A stretch of DNA of 49,573 bases from an uncultured Armatimonadia bacterium (GTDB taxonomy: Bacteria; Armatimonadota; Zipacnadia; Zipacnadales; FEN-943). The first letter of the stretch is position 1. Each line of letters opens with the position of its first letter. The translations under genes were made by a program, and so were the position numbers. Location of the stretch: contig CAZSOQ010000003.1 of the NCBI GenBank assembly GCA_964608495.1, positions 1 to 49,573 on the forward strand, read 5' to 3'. Below are positions 1 through 9,732 of the stretch, piece after piece. Below the pieces are notes generated by a model that worked only from the letters and a program-made list of their open reading frames with translations, was not told the origin of the DNA and made no database searches.

Positions 1-380
1 CCCGTGTCCTGTGGCTGCGGTGCCAGGAAGTGCCGCAGCTTGAGTTCCGCGGCGAGGGCCGCGTGAGGCGCGTGTACCAGATGTGGGGCGAGGTGCTCAA
101 CGAGTCCGACCAGCCGCTGCCGGTGGCCGTGGTGCGGGGCGCGCTGCTCTATGGAAACCAGGCGGCCGGGTATGGGCTGTCGGAGGTGCAGAACGTGCCT
201 CCGGGCGGCCGCGCGGGCTTCAACTTCTACTCCTACCAACTGGGGCTGGAGGGCGCGGCCAAGCCGAATGCCTACGACGCCATGGTGATTCCGGGATTCC
301 AGATCAGCCAGGCCTTCAAGGACCTCGGCGCCTACGGTACGATGCTCGAGCAGCTCCTGATGGGCAGCGGCGGCATATAG
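1..380 (+). CDS. Hypothetical protein, 5'-truncated by the window edge (C-terminus loosely FxLYD/DUF3426-like)
   Basis: Frame is open from position 3 (RVLWLRCQEVPQ...) to TAG at 378-380. 'GEVLNESDQPL...VQNVPPGGRAGFNF' resembles small Ig-like FxLYD domains. Confidence 0.5.
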   Translation, partial: RVLWLRCQEVPQLEFRGEGRVRRVYQMWGEVLNESDQPLPVAVVRGALLYGNQAAGYGLSEVQNVPPGGRAGFNFYSYQLGLEGAAKPNAYDAMVIPGFQISQAFKDLGAYGTMLEQLLMGSGGI

Positions 381-433
381 CGCGCACGGCGCCGTGCCCG
401 TCGGCGCACACCCCACCAGGGAGGTAGCGACTC

Positions 434-1366
434 GTGGCCTTGCATGACTGTGATGTGGCCGTCGTCGGCGGCGGCGTCGCCGGCTGCACGGCCGGGATGT
501 ACGCCAGCCGATACGGGCTGGACACGCTGATCTTCGGCGGCGGACTTCCAGGCGGACAGGCGGCCCTCGCCGTCCGCATCGAGAACTACCCCGGCTTCCC
601 CGACGGCGTGTCGGGCATGGAGCTGGCTCAGGCCGTGCGGACCCAGGCCGAGAGGATGGGGGCCGAGCTCGTGACGGCGCAGGCCATGGGACTGTCGCGG
701 GCCGACGATGGGCGGTGGATACTGTTCAGCGACGTGGGCGAGGCGAGGGCCGTGGCGGTGATAGTGGCCACGGGAGGACGGCCGCGCAAGCTGGGCATCC
801 CGGGCGAGGAGGAGTTCGCCGGTGCCGGCGTGAGCTACTGCGCCACCTGCGACGGCTTCTTCTTCAGGGGCGAGGCCGTTGCGGTCATAGGCGGCGGGAA
901 CACGGCCATCGAGGACGCGCTGTTCCTGTCCGAGGTCTGTAGCACCGTGTACGTCGTGCACCGGCGGGATGCGCTGCGGGCCGAGAGCTACCTGCAGGAG
1001 CGGGCCTTCGCGCGCGACAACATCGAGTTTGTGTGGGACAGCGTGCCGGTTGAGGTAGTGGGTCGCGAGCAGGTGGAGCGGGTGCGCGTGCGCAACGTCA
1101 AGACGCAGGCAGATCGCGACCTGGAAGTCAAGGGCGTCTTCGTGGCGATAGGGTACGAGGCGCAGACGGAGTGGCTGGGCGACTACGTGGAGCGCGAGGG
1201 GGGGTTCATCCTGACGAACGACAGGATGGAGACGAAGTCGCCGGGGCTCTTCGCGGCGGGGGATGTGCGGCTGACGCCGGTGCGCCAGATAACGACGGCA
1301 GTGGGGGACGCGACGGTGGCCGCCTACTTTGCCTACGACTACCTGGCGGGATTCCGGAATCGTTGA
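434..1366 (+). CDS. trxB: Thioredoxin-disulfide reductase
   Basis: GGGVAG FAD-binding motif, IENYPGF, active-site CATCD, GGGNTA and HRRD NADPH motifs, FAAGD; GGAGG RBS before the GTG. Confidence 0.95.
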   Translation: MALHDCDVAVVGGGVAGCTAGMYASRYGLDTLIFGGGLPGGQAALAVRIENYPGFPDGVSGMELAQAVRTQAERMGAELVTAQAMGLSRADDGRWILFSDVGEARAVAVIVATGGRPRKLGIPGEEEFAGAGVSYCATCDGFFFRGEAVAVIGGGNTAIEDALFLSEVCSTVYVVHRRDALRAESYLQERAFARDNIEFVWDSVPVEVVGREQVERVRVRNVKTQADRDLEVKGVFVAIGYEAQTEWLGDYVEREGGFILTNDRMETKSPGLFAAGDVRLTPVRQITTAVGDATVAAYFAYDYLAGFRNR

Positions 1367-1428
1367 GACGCGCCCCGAGGGGGCCCGGGGCTCGCGGCCT
1401 TACAGTCAAGCCAGGGGGACGTGGGGCG

Positions 1429-2040
1429 CTAGCGCCAGGTGACGTTCCAGCGGCCCGGCCGCAGCCTCTCGTCCGACTTCATCCACTTGACGTGCCCGTC
1501 CACGTAGCAGATGTTGGAGCCGTCGTTGTGCCTCTTAGACGGGACCGCCAATCGGGTCTGGTAATTGCCGGCCGTCGGGGCGCAGCGCAGGCTCGCCCAG
1601 TGGCACCCGGCGTCGAAGAACATGGGGCACTCGGCGGGTGCCTGGATCTGGGCGAGCTTGGTCGGGGCTGAGTTGAAGTCGTGGATCAGATCGCACTCGA
1701 AGGCATAGGTGCCGTGGCCGTTCATGCCAATCCCGGGCACCGCGGGGCACTCGAAGAGCTGCCAGTTCTTGACGTAGGGCTGGATGAGAGGCGCCGGGCA
1801 GATATAGCAGTCACGGTTCCAGTAGTAGCTCCAGGTGTGCGCTCGCCAGGGGAAGCTCTCGTCGAAGTCCTGGACGTACATGGCCATGGCCAGGCCCATC
1901 TGCTTGAGGTTGCTCTGGCACGACGCCTGGCGGGCCTTCTCACGGGCCTTCGCGAAGACGGGGAACAAGATAGCCGCGAGGATAGCGATGATCGCTATCA
2001 CGACGAGCAGCTCAATGAGCGTAAACCCTCGTCGGCGCAT
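1429..2040 (-). CDS. Prepilin-type N-terminal cleavage/methylation domain protein, DUF1559 / H-X9-DG family
   Basis: [48 protein letters not shown]-terminus; C-terminal [17 protein letters not shown] (H-X9-DG); AAGGAGG RBS before the ATG at 2040. Confidence 0.93.
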   Translation of the reverse strand: MRRRGFTLIELLVVIAIIAILAAILFPVFAKAREKARQASCQSNLKQMGLAMAMYVQDFDESFPWRAHTWSYYWNRDCYICPAPLIQPYVKNWQLFECPAVPGIGMNGHGTYAFECDLIHDFNSAPTKLAQIQAPAECPMFFDAGCHWASLRCAPTAGNYQTRLAVPSKRHNDGSNICYVDGHVKWMKSDERLRPGRWNVTWR

Positions 2041-2081
2041 CGGCAACCGCCTCCTTGCTCGGTTTTGCCAACCTCAGGCCC

Positions 2082-2110
2082 AGTATGCTGCGCCCGTCCG
2101 TCAACTTCAA
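2082..2110 (-). promoter_or_regulatory. Putative sigma70-type promoter of the DUF1559 gene
   Basis: Minus strand TTGAAG-N17-CATACT. Confidence 0.5.
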
Positions 2111-2128
2111 GGCCGTCCCGGTGCCACC

Positions 2129-3268
2129 TCACTCGTCCATGAGGGTGACAGCGGGGTCCTGCGTGACAGCCACAAGGGCGGGCAGAAGCCCGGCCAGGGC
2201 CGAGATGCCGGGCACGACGAGGAGCGAGGGCAGCAGAAGGTCGTAGGCCGGCTCCATGGACCTGAAGGTGAGCCTGAACAGTTCCGGACCGAAGTGCAGG
2301 GCGAGCGCGGTACCGAGGAAGAAGCCGATCAGGGCCCCGAAGAGGCCCATGAGGGCCGTGCGCGTGAGAAAGAGCGCCGCAAGACGAAGCGACCCGAAGC
2401 CCAGGGCGCGCAGGATGCCGATCTCGGCGCGTCGCTCGCGGACGTTCAGCATGGCCAGGAAGCCGATCCACAGGGCGCAGAGGACGAGGGTGATGGCCAG
2501 CAACCCCGCCGCGTAGTCCTTGGCCATCCGTCGGGTCTCGATGCGGGCTTCCGCGATCGTCCGCATCTGCGTGACGTGGGTGTCGGGCAGAGCGGTCGCG
2601 ATCTTCGCCCTCAGCACGTCCAGGCTGCCGCCGTCGCAGAGGCAGTTGAGGGCCTCGATGGTGTTGATCCGGCCCTCCATCCCGAGCATGTCCTGGACGT
2701 CGGGCAGATGGGCGTAGAGGCGGATGTCCTCCTTGCTGCCGTCCTCGAGGAGAACGCGCTCAACGGTGAGCTTCTTGCCCAGAACCTGGATCGTGTCCCT
2801 GCCCTTGGCGCCCAGACGGCGGGCGAGCACGAAGCCCAGGTAGCACTTGCCCCGGCCGAGCTTGTAGCCCATGGGAGCCTTGGTGGCGGCGTCCACGGCG
2901 GTGTACTCGGGGAGGATGCCGGTGAGGAGCATGTCGTGCCCCTGCCAGCGCACCTTCCTCTGCAGCATCGCCACGTAGTGGTCGGCGCCGATCCCCGGGG
3001 TGGCTGCCAGCTTCTGCACGTACTCCTCGGGCATGTCGCCCTCAGGGTAGTCGGCGGCCCAGAACCGAGCCATGTCGGTGTCGCCGGGGACGATGAGGAC
3101 GTTGAAGCCCAGGTCGCGCGTCAGGCGCTTGGTCTCCTCGACCGAGGCCCGTCCGGCCGTGACCACGCCAAGGAAAAGAGCCACGGCGGCGGTGGTGGCC
3201 AGGGCGCCGAGGAGGAAGCCGAGTAGGCGGTGACGGATCTCACGGAAGGCCAGGTGGAGAAGCGACAT
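2129..3268 (-). CDS. ABC transporter permease, FtsX/MacB-like family
   Basis: N-terminal TM helix, large extracytoplasmic loop, NVRERRAEIGILRALGF motif, three C-terminal TM helices, ends ...QDPAVTL. Confidence 0.88.
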   Translation of the reverse strand: MSLLHLAFREIRHRLLGFLLGALATTAAVALFLGVVTAGRASVEETKRLTRDLGFNVLIVPGDTDMARFWAADYPEGDMPEEYVQKLAATPGIGADHYVAMLQRKVRWQGHDMLLTGILPEYTAVDAATKAPMGYKLGRGKCYLGFVLARRLGAKGRDTIQVLGKKLTVERVLLEDGSKEDIRLYAHLPDVQDMLGMEGRINTIEALNCLCDGGSLDVLRAKIATALPDTHVTQMRTIAEARIETRRMAKDYAAGLLAITLVLCALWIGFLAMLNVRERRAEIGILRALGFGSLRLAALFLTRTALMGLFGALIGFFLGTALALHFGPELFRLTFRSMEPAYDLLLPSLLVVPGISALAGLLPALVAVTQDPAVTLMDE

Positions 3269-3270
3269 TC

Positions 3271-4572
3271 TCACGACCCTCTGCGCTGCCGGATCAGGAT
3301 GAGCGCGCCGCCCGCAAGCGCCACGAACAGCAAGCCGGCCGCGACGAGCCAGAGGATGCGTATGCTCCGTTGCTCGACCGGAGGCCCGCCCGCGCGCAGG
3401 TCTATCACGGGGGGGCCCTCATCGGCGGCCTCCGCGTCCTCAGCGCCGACCGCCAGCTCCCGGTAGCCGCCCGCGGGCTCACGGGGCAGCTCTCGCGTCA
3501 ACTGCTCGAGGCCCTCGCCATCCGGGGACGACCAGTCCGCCGTGGGATCCCAGAGCAGGACCCAGGCGCCGGCCAGGGTGTGCAGCACGGCCGGGCTGTT
3601 GGCGTCGAAGCCGAGCCGGTCGCGCACCTGGGTCTGCAGGTCGGCGCCCCACCTCACCGGAGCAGCGGGCCCGAGTAGCCAGCGAGGGTCGCTGGTGCAG
3701 GTGCAGTTCCTACCCAGGAGCCTGAAGAGGCCCACCAGCAGCTCCTGGGTAACCTGGCCGCCCGCGAAGAGTGGGCCCAGACGGCGCAGCATCCCGAAGA
3801 GCACCGCCACACGGGGAGTGGAAGACGGCTGCTCGTCGAAGCCCAGACTGGCGAGCAGCACCGCCTCGCCCGTCTGACCGGGCGGGAGCGTGATGACGTA
3901 GGGGGCCGCCTCGACGCGCTGGCCCATCTCGGTCTCCTCGCCCGCAACGGTCTTGCAGGCGGCGGACAGGACACGGCTGAGAGCATCGTTGGCCTGGGCA
4001 TCCGGCCCCTCGGCCACCAGCACCACGCACCAGTGGGAGATGATGTGCCGGGCGATATCGTCGCGCACGGGCGACGATGCCAGGTCGCCGACCATCTGGG
4101 AGATGGCACCGGAGGTGAGGTCGGGCGGCGAGAGCGACGGCAGGGGCAGGAGTCGGCCCCGGGGCGAGAGCAGCACCGCGGCGGGCAGGCGCTTGGGCGG
4201 GTCCTGCGCCACGCGGCGGGTAAGCTTGCCCGGCGCGGGGTCGTCGAGATTCACGACCTCCGCCTCGACGCCGGCGTCCGGCAGGTACAGGTCGGCGGCC
4301 CCCGCGAGCCGGCGCGAAGCCTCCTCGCGGCCGGGAGTCTCGTTCTTCACCACGAGGAGGAGGCGGTACGGACTCGGCTCGCGCACGATGAAGCCCGAGT
4401 CGCGGATGGAGTAGGGGCAGCAGAGGGCCGAAGGAGCAAGCACCGTGGCCAGGAGCACCGGAAGGAGCCCCAGGCGCGTCCCAGGCCCCCCGCGAGCGGG
4501 TCGCGCCGATGCTCGCACGGCAAGAGCAGCCGTGACGACCAGCGATGCGGGGCTGCGGGATCCATGCGCCAT
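3271..4572 (-). CDS. Hypothetical exported protein with a C-terminal membrane anchor and Cys motifs (CPYSIRD, NCTC)
   Basis: Signal-like LLPVLLATVLAPSALC; C-terminal TM helix followed by RQRRGS; abuts the permease gene. The start codon is uncertain (ATG 4572 chosen because it lies downstream of the predicted promoter). Confidence 0.7.
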   Translation of the reverse strand: MAHGSRSPASLVVTAALAVRASARPARGGPGTRLGLLPVLLATVLAPSALCCPYSIRDSGFIVREPSPYRLLLVVKNETPGREEASRRLAGAADLYLPDAGVEAEVVNLDDPAPGKLTRRVAQDPPKRLPAAVLLSPRGRLLPLPSLSPPDLTSGAISQMVGDLASSPVRDDIARHIISHWCVVLVAEGPDAQANDALSRVLSAACKTVAGEETEMGQRVEAAPYVITLPPGQTGEAVLLASLGFDEQPSSTPRVAVLFGMLRRLGPLFAGGQVTQELLVGLFRLLGRNCTCTSDPRWLLGPAAPVRWGADLQTQVRDRLGFDANSPAVLHTLAGAWVLLWDPTADWSSPDGEGLEQLTRELPREPAGGYRELAVGAEDAEAADEGPPVIDLRAGGPPVEQRSIRILWLVAAGLLFVALAGGALILIRQRRGS

Positions 4573-4642
4573 GGCCTGGGGTCTCCCAGAACAACGGGCC
4601 CGCGGGGGGCCTGCCCGACCGCGATGGGCCCAGGGTGGAGGT

Positions 4643-4671
4643 ATGCTACACAGGGGTCCCGGGGTTGGCAA
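4643..4671 (-). promoter_or_regulatory. Putative sigma70-type promoter for the hypothetical protein + permease operon
   Basis: Minus strand TTGCCA-N17-TAGCAT. Confidence 0.55.
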
Positions 4672-4707
4672 GTGCGGGAGCGGGAGGCCTGGCCTGGGGA
4701 GCGGGAT

Positions 4708-4736
4708 TGGACGATGGGACGCCGATCCTGTAGCAT
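4708..4736 (+). promoter_or_regulatory. Putative sigma70-type promoter for the giant beta-propeller gene
   Basis: TGGACG-N17-TAGCAT, back-to-back with the minus-strand promoter and with the same -10 hexamer. Confidence 0.45.
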
Positions 4737-4937
4737 GGGTGCCGGTCTGGGGCCCGCTGCCACGCGCGACCTTGGTGCGAAGGTGGCCAGGGCACGGGCG
4801 CGAAGGTGTGGGCGCGCCGGGGAGTGGCGCCCCGGCCGTGACGGCGAAGGCAGGCGCGCGCGCCGGTGCTTCCGTGGTGGCGTGACGAGGCCGGCGACCA
4901 CCAGGCCGGAGAGCCGGCCAGGCCGGAGGTCTCGACC

Positions 4938-7900
4938 ATGAGAGTGCATTGCAGCAGGCTGTCGCAGAGCGTGGTTGACTACTGCAGGTCCTCAGCGAAG
5001 GTCTCCCCCTTACTGATTGCCGCCGTTGGCGTGGTGATCGTCGTAGTGGTCGTGAGCCTGTGCCTGGCCCAGGGAGTGGTCGGCGGCGCGGCGGGCGTGG
5101 ACGACTGGCCGACGTACATGCTGGACGCCTCGCGCAGCGGCTGCACCCAGTCCGGCGTGAAGCCGCCCCTGCAGGAGCATTGGGTGTTCACGCCCACGGC
5201 TCCGCCGAAGCCGGCCTGGGCCGACCCGCAGTCCATACCCGTGGAGGGCGTGTTCGAGCTGCCCAAGGTGAAGTTCGATGACGCCTACCACGTGGCGGCC
5301 GCGGACGGGGCAGCGTACTTCGGCACGTCGGACAACAAGGTCTACAGCCTCGACGCAGCGTCGGGGAAGGTGCGGTGGACGTTCTTCACCGACGGACCCG
5401 TGCGGCTGTCGCCGATGGTGTACAAGGATCGCGTCTACTTCGGGGCGGACGACGGGCGGGTGTACTGCCTGAAGGCGGCGGACGGCAGCGAGGTGTGGCG
5501 GCACCAAATCCCGCCGACGGACGAGCGGCTGCTGGGGAGCGGGAAGATGGTGTCGGTATGGCCGGTCCGCACGGGCGCGCTCGTCTACGACGATACGGTC
5601 TACGCGGGAGCGGGAGTGTTCCCCGGCGAGCGCGTGTACCTGTGCGCGCTGCGGGCGGACGACGGGGCGCTCGTGTGGAAGAACGACACCCTCAGCGACC
5701 AGGGCGCCGGGCAGAATGGGTTCTCTCCGCAGGGGTACCTGCTGGCGAACAAGGACTATGTCTTCGCCCCCTCGGGCCGGTCGCTGCCAGCGTGCTTCAA
5801 CAGGGCCACCGGCCAGCAGGTCTACCAGAAGAACTACAGCCGTTTCACCTACGGACCCCTCGGCGGGTCCTGGGCCCTGCTGGCGAACGGGCAACTCTTC
5901 TCAGGCGGCATGCCCATCTACGGCTACGAGCAGCAGTCCGGGGCTATTGGCTTCGCCTGGTTCCCCTCGGCCAAACAGCTCGTCGTCAGCCCCGACATCA
6001 CCTACGTGCTGCAGCCCAGCGGGATCCTTGCCCTGGACCGGCAGGCCTACCCGACGGCGAGCCGAGAGCGCCAGAACCTGGCGAATCGGCGGTCGGCGTT
6101 GGTGCAGGCCAAGCCCAAGGACCTCGAGGATCAGCTCAAGAAACTGCAGGAGCAGGAGCAGAAGAACCAGGCTGATCTCGACGCCTGCGAGAAGTGGGTC
6201 TACGACAAGCAGGGCGTTGAGGCCGTCATCGTGGCGGGCGACCTGGTCATCGCGGGGGGCGCCGGCGACGTCGTGGCGCTCGACAAGGCCGAGGGCAAGG
6301 AAGTCTGGAGCGCCCCGGTGGACGGGAAGGCCCGGGGACTCGCCGTGGCCGGCGGCAGGCTGCTCGTGAGCACCGACACGGGCAAGGTCCACTGCTTCGC
6401 GCCCGGCGCGCCGCCGGCGGCCCCGGCGGGTCAGCAGGCCAAGACGGAGCCCTTCGCCCGGGACGCGATGACGCCGCTGTTCGAGAGCGCGGCCGAGACG
6501 ATCGTGAAGGAGACGGGCATCAAGAAGGGCTACTGCCTGGTGCTCGGCTGCGGCACGGGACGGCTGGCCTACGAGCTGGCCAAGCGGACGGACCTGACGA
6601 TCTATGGTGTGGAGGCGGATGCGGCGAAGGTCGAGGCCGCGCGAAGGGCGCTGGACGCGGCCGGCCTCTACGGCTCGCGCATCTGCATGGACCGCTTTGA
6701 CCCCAAGGCCATCGGCTACTCGGACTACTTCGCGAACCTGGTGGTGTCGGAGGAGGCGGTGGTCTCCGGGAAGCTGACGGCGTCGGCCGAGGAAGCCTAC
6801 CGGATGCTAAAGCCCTGTGGCGGCGTGATGCTGGTGGGACAACCGGCGGGCGCGCCGAGCAAGCTGAGCGAGGCGACGCTGGAGAGCTGGGTGAAGTCCG
6901 CCGATCTCGAGGGCTGCAAGATCACCGCCGAGCAGGGCGTGTGGGCGCGGCTGGACCGGGGCATGATCGAGGGCGCCGGGCAGTGGACGCACCAGTACGG
7001 CGACGCGGGGAACACGGCCTCGTCCACCGACACGGCGGTGGAGTGCCCGCTGAGCCTGCTGTGGTACGGCGAGCCGGGCCCGGACATGGTGCCGAGCCGC
7101 CACGCCCGCAACGTGGCGCCGCTGTCCATCGGTGGGCGCGTGTACCTGCAGGGCATCAACAGGATCATGTGCTTCGACGCCTATAACGGCGTCATGTACT
7201 GGGAGAAAGAGATCCAGGGCGCATACCGCGTGGGGTCGTCGCACGAGGCGAGCAACATCGCCTGCGATGACAAGAGCCTGTTCGTGGCCACGGGGCCCCA
7301 GTGCCTGCGGCTGGACGCCCAGACGGGCGAGACCCTGACGACCTTCGAGATGCCCGTCGTAAGGGAGGATGGGAAGAAGGCGAACTGGGCCTACCTGGCC
7401 GTGGTGGACGGGGTCCTGTACGGCAGCGCGGCGACGCGGGGGCAGTACGCTGATGTCGTGTTCGCCTACGACACCAAGACCGCCAAGCTCCTTTGGCAGC
7501 ACAAGGGCAACAACGTCAGGAACAACACGATCGCCATCAGCGACGGACGGATGTTCTTCGCCGACGATCGGGCGACAGCCGATCAGAGGAACGCGGTGCT
7601 CAAGGAGCTGGCTACGAAGCTGAAGGCCGACCAGGGACTGGACGACGCGGCCGCGACGAAGGAGCTGGCCAAGCGGGACGTGCGGGTGGCGGTGGGCCTG
7701 GACGCCCGGACGGGCGGGAAGCTATGGGAGGTGCCCCTGGACCTGACGGACTGCGGCGCCGACCTGCTGATCGCGATGGCGAGCGAGGGCGTGGTGGCCT
7801 TCTCGGGGGCCTTCGGCGACGGTCACTACTGGAACCAGTTCCTGGGCGGAGAGTACGCCAACCGGCGGGTGACGGCGCTGTCCGCGAAGGACGGGTCGCT

Positions 7901-9680
7901 GCTGTGGTCGAAGGCGGTGGGCTGCCGCATCAGGCCGCTGATCGTGGGCGATACGCTTTACGCCGAGCCCTGGGCTTTCGACCTGCAGACCGGCGAGCAG
8001 AAGATGCGCACCCACCCGCTGACGGGCAGGCAGACCGTGTGGGAGATGGAGCGGCCGGGGCACCACTGCGGGTGCATCTCGGGATCGCCGAAGGGCCTCT
8101 ACTTCCGGTCCTACTACTACGGCTACTACGACCTGGTCGCGGACCAGGGCACGGAGCACTTCTCGGGCGTCAGGCCGGGGTGCTGGATCAATATGATACC
8201 GGCGAACGGGCTGCTGGTCGTGCCGGAGGCCAGCTCGGGGTGCGTGTGCCTGGTGTCCATCCACTGCACGACGGTGCTCAAGCCGAGCAGGCGGCACAAG
8301 GCCTGGGGGCTGTACGCGTCGCGCGGTGAGATGATGCCCATCAAGAACCTGAGCCTGAACCTGGGTGCGCCCGGGGACAGGACGGACAGCGGCGGGAAGC
8401 TGTGGCTGAGCTACCCGCGCCCGGGCGGGCGGATGCGGCTGAACCTCGATCTCGCGGCCACGATCCTGCCGGGCTGCGGGTACTACGGCGAGCCGGCGGA
8501 GCGCTACGAGGTGGCCGGGAGCAAGGACGGCTGGCTCTATGCATCGGGCTGCGCGGGGCTGGCGAAGTGCTCGCTGCCGCTGGCGGGCGAGGGCGATGGG
8601 CCTGCCGAGTACACAGTGAGGCTTGGGTTCGCGGCCCCCGAGGGGGACCGGCCCGGGCAGCGGGTCTTCGACATCAAGCTGCAGGGGAAGGTCGTGGCTC
8701 AGGAAGTTGACGTGGTGAAGGAGGCCGGGGGCGGCAAGAGGGTCGTGGTGAAGGAGTTCAAGGGTGTACGAGTGGACAGGGACCTGCAGTTGGAGCTCGT
8801 GCCCAAGGCCCAGAAGGCCGACAAGACGACGGCACCGCTGATCAACACCTTGGAGGTGGCCAGAGAGCGCGTGCTGAGCGTCGGGATGTTGGTGCCGTCC
8901 CTGCTGCTGAGCGACCTGGAGAACCAGAAGACCGGAGAGATCGCGCTGGCCAACCGCACCGACAAGGCCTTCGTGGGGACGCTGCGGGTTGCGGCGCCGG
9001 ACCTGTTCGCGGCCAGTGTCAGCGAGAGCAAGATCAACCTGCCGCCGGACGCGCGGATGACGGTCCAACTCACCGCCAAGATGGCACGCAGGGGCGAGCC
9101 GGGCAACTACAAGCTCGACGTGAGCCTGGTCCGACCGGATGGGGCGGTAGAGCTGCAGCGGCAGGTGGCGGTCGAGTACCTGGGCCCGCGGGAGCGGATG
9201 GTCGTCAAGCCGCTGCAGGACACGTGGGTGGGCGCCGGATCGCCGACCGCGGACAACAGCACCCAGCCGACGCTGCTGGTGGATGGTGGGGGAGACAGGA
9301 TGGGCGATCAGAGCCACAACATCGCGTACCTGCGGTTCCCCATCAACGTGCCGGGCAAGGTCGTGTCGGTGATCCTGCGGATACGCACGGCGGCTCCCGA
9401 GCACTCGCAGAGCGGCGACTCGGGGCGGATCCACCTGACCGAGAAGCCCTGGGAGGCCGGGAAGATCACCTACGCGGAGCGGCCCAAGCCGGGCAAGCAG
9501 GTGGGGACGCTGGGGAACGTGGGGCGCGACGTGTGGATCGAACGGCCGCTGGATGTGGACCTGACGGGCATGAAGGAGCTCAGCCTGGTGCTGGAGCCGA
9601 CTAGCTGCGACGGGGCGACGTACCTGTCCAGCAAGGGGAAGGACGGTCCGGAGCTGGTGATCGAGTACACACCGGGGTAG
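4938..9680 (+). CDS. Large secreted PQQ-like/BamB-type beta-propeller repeat protein with a class I SAM-methyltransferase-like domain, a malectin domain and a C-terminal DNRLRE/CBM96-like domain
   Basis: GGAGG RBS; hydrophobic N-terminal segment; DWPTYMLDASRSG and many LDAxxGxxxW propeller repeats; LVLGCGTGRLAYELA; YTVRLGFAAP...GQRVFDIKLQG (malectin); QDTWV...AYLRF (DNRLRE-like). Confidence 0.85.
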   Translation: MRVHCSRLSQSVVDYCRSSAKVSPLLIAAVGVVIVVVVVSLCLAQGVVGGAAGVDDWPTYMLDASRSGCTQSGVKPPLQEHWVFTPTAPPKPAWADPQSIPVEGVFELPKVKFDDAYHVAAADGAAYFGTSDNKVYSLDAASGKVRWTFFTDGPVRLSPMVYKDRVYFGADDGRVYCLKAADGSEVWRHQIPPTDERLLGSGKMVSVWPVRTGALVYDDTVYAGAGVFPGERVYLCALRADDGALVWKNDTLSDQGAGQNGFSPQGYLLANKDYVFAPSGRSLPACFNRATGQQVYQKNYSRFTYGPLGGSWALLANGQLFSGGMPIYGYEQQSGAIGFAWFPSAKQLVVSPDITYVLQPSGILALDRQAYPTASRERQNLANRRSALVQAKPKDLEDQLKKLQEQEQKNQADLDACEKWVYDKQGVEAVIVAGDLVIAGGAGDVVALDKAEGKEVWSAPVDGKARGLAVAGGRLLVSTDTGKVHCFAPGAPPAAPAGQQAKTEPFARDAMTPLFESAAETIVKETGIKKGYCLVLGCGTGRLAYELAKRTDLTIYGVEADAAKVEAARRALDAAGLYGSRICMDRFDPKAIGYSDYFANLVVSEEAVVSGKLTASAEEAYRMLKPCGGVMLVGQPAGAPSKLSEATLESWVKSADLEGCKITAEQGVWARLDRGMIEGAGQWTHQYGDAGNTASSTDTAVECPLSLLWYGEPGPDMVPSRHARNVAPLSIGGRVYLQGINRIMCFDAYNGVMYWEKEIQGAYRVGSSHEASNIACDDKSLFVATGPQCLRLDAQTGETLTTFEMPVVREDGKKANWAYLAVVDGVLYGSAATRGQYADVVFAYDTKTAKLLWQHKGNNVRNNTIAISDGRMFFADDRATADQRNAVLKELATKLKADQGLDDAAATKELAKRDVRVAVGLDARTGGKLWEVPLDLTDCGADLLIAMASEGVVAFSGAFGDGHYWNQFLGGEYANRRVTALSAKDGSLLWSKAVGCRIRPLIVGDTLYAEPWAFDLQTGEQKMRTHPLTGRQTVWEMERPGHHCGCISGSPKGLYFRSYYYGYYDLVADQGTEHFSGVRPGCWINMIPANGLLVVPEASSGCVCLVSIHCTTVLKPSRRHKAWGLYASRGEMMPIKNLSLNLGAPGDRTDSGGKLWLSYPRPGGRMRLNLDLAATILPGCGYYGEPAERYEVAGSKDGWLYASGCAGLAKCSLPLAGEGDGPAEYTVRLGFAAPEGDRPGQRVFDIKLQGKVVAQEVDVVKEAGGGKRVVVKEFKGVRVDRDLQLELVPKAQKADKTTAPLINTLEVARERVLSVGMLVPSLLLSDLENQKTGEIALANRTDKAFVGTLRVAAPDLFAASVSESKINLPPDARMTVQLTAKMARRGEPGNYKLDVSLVRPDGAVELQRQVAVEYLGPRERMVVKPLQDTWVGAGSPTADNSTQPTLLVDGGGDRMGDQSHNIAYLRFPINVPGKVVSVILRIRTAAPEHSQSGDSGRIHLTEKPWEAGKITYAERPKPGKQVGTLGNVGRDVWIERPLDVDLTGMKELSLVLEPTSCDGATYLSSKGKDGPELVIEYTPG

Positions 9681-9732
9681 TAGCGGGCGCCAGGCGGCCG
9701 CGCGACGACTTGCCCCCCGGTGGACGGGCGCT

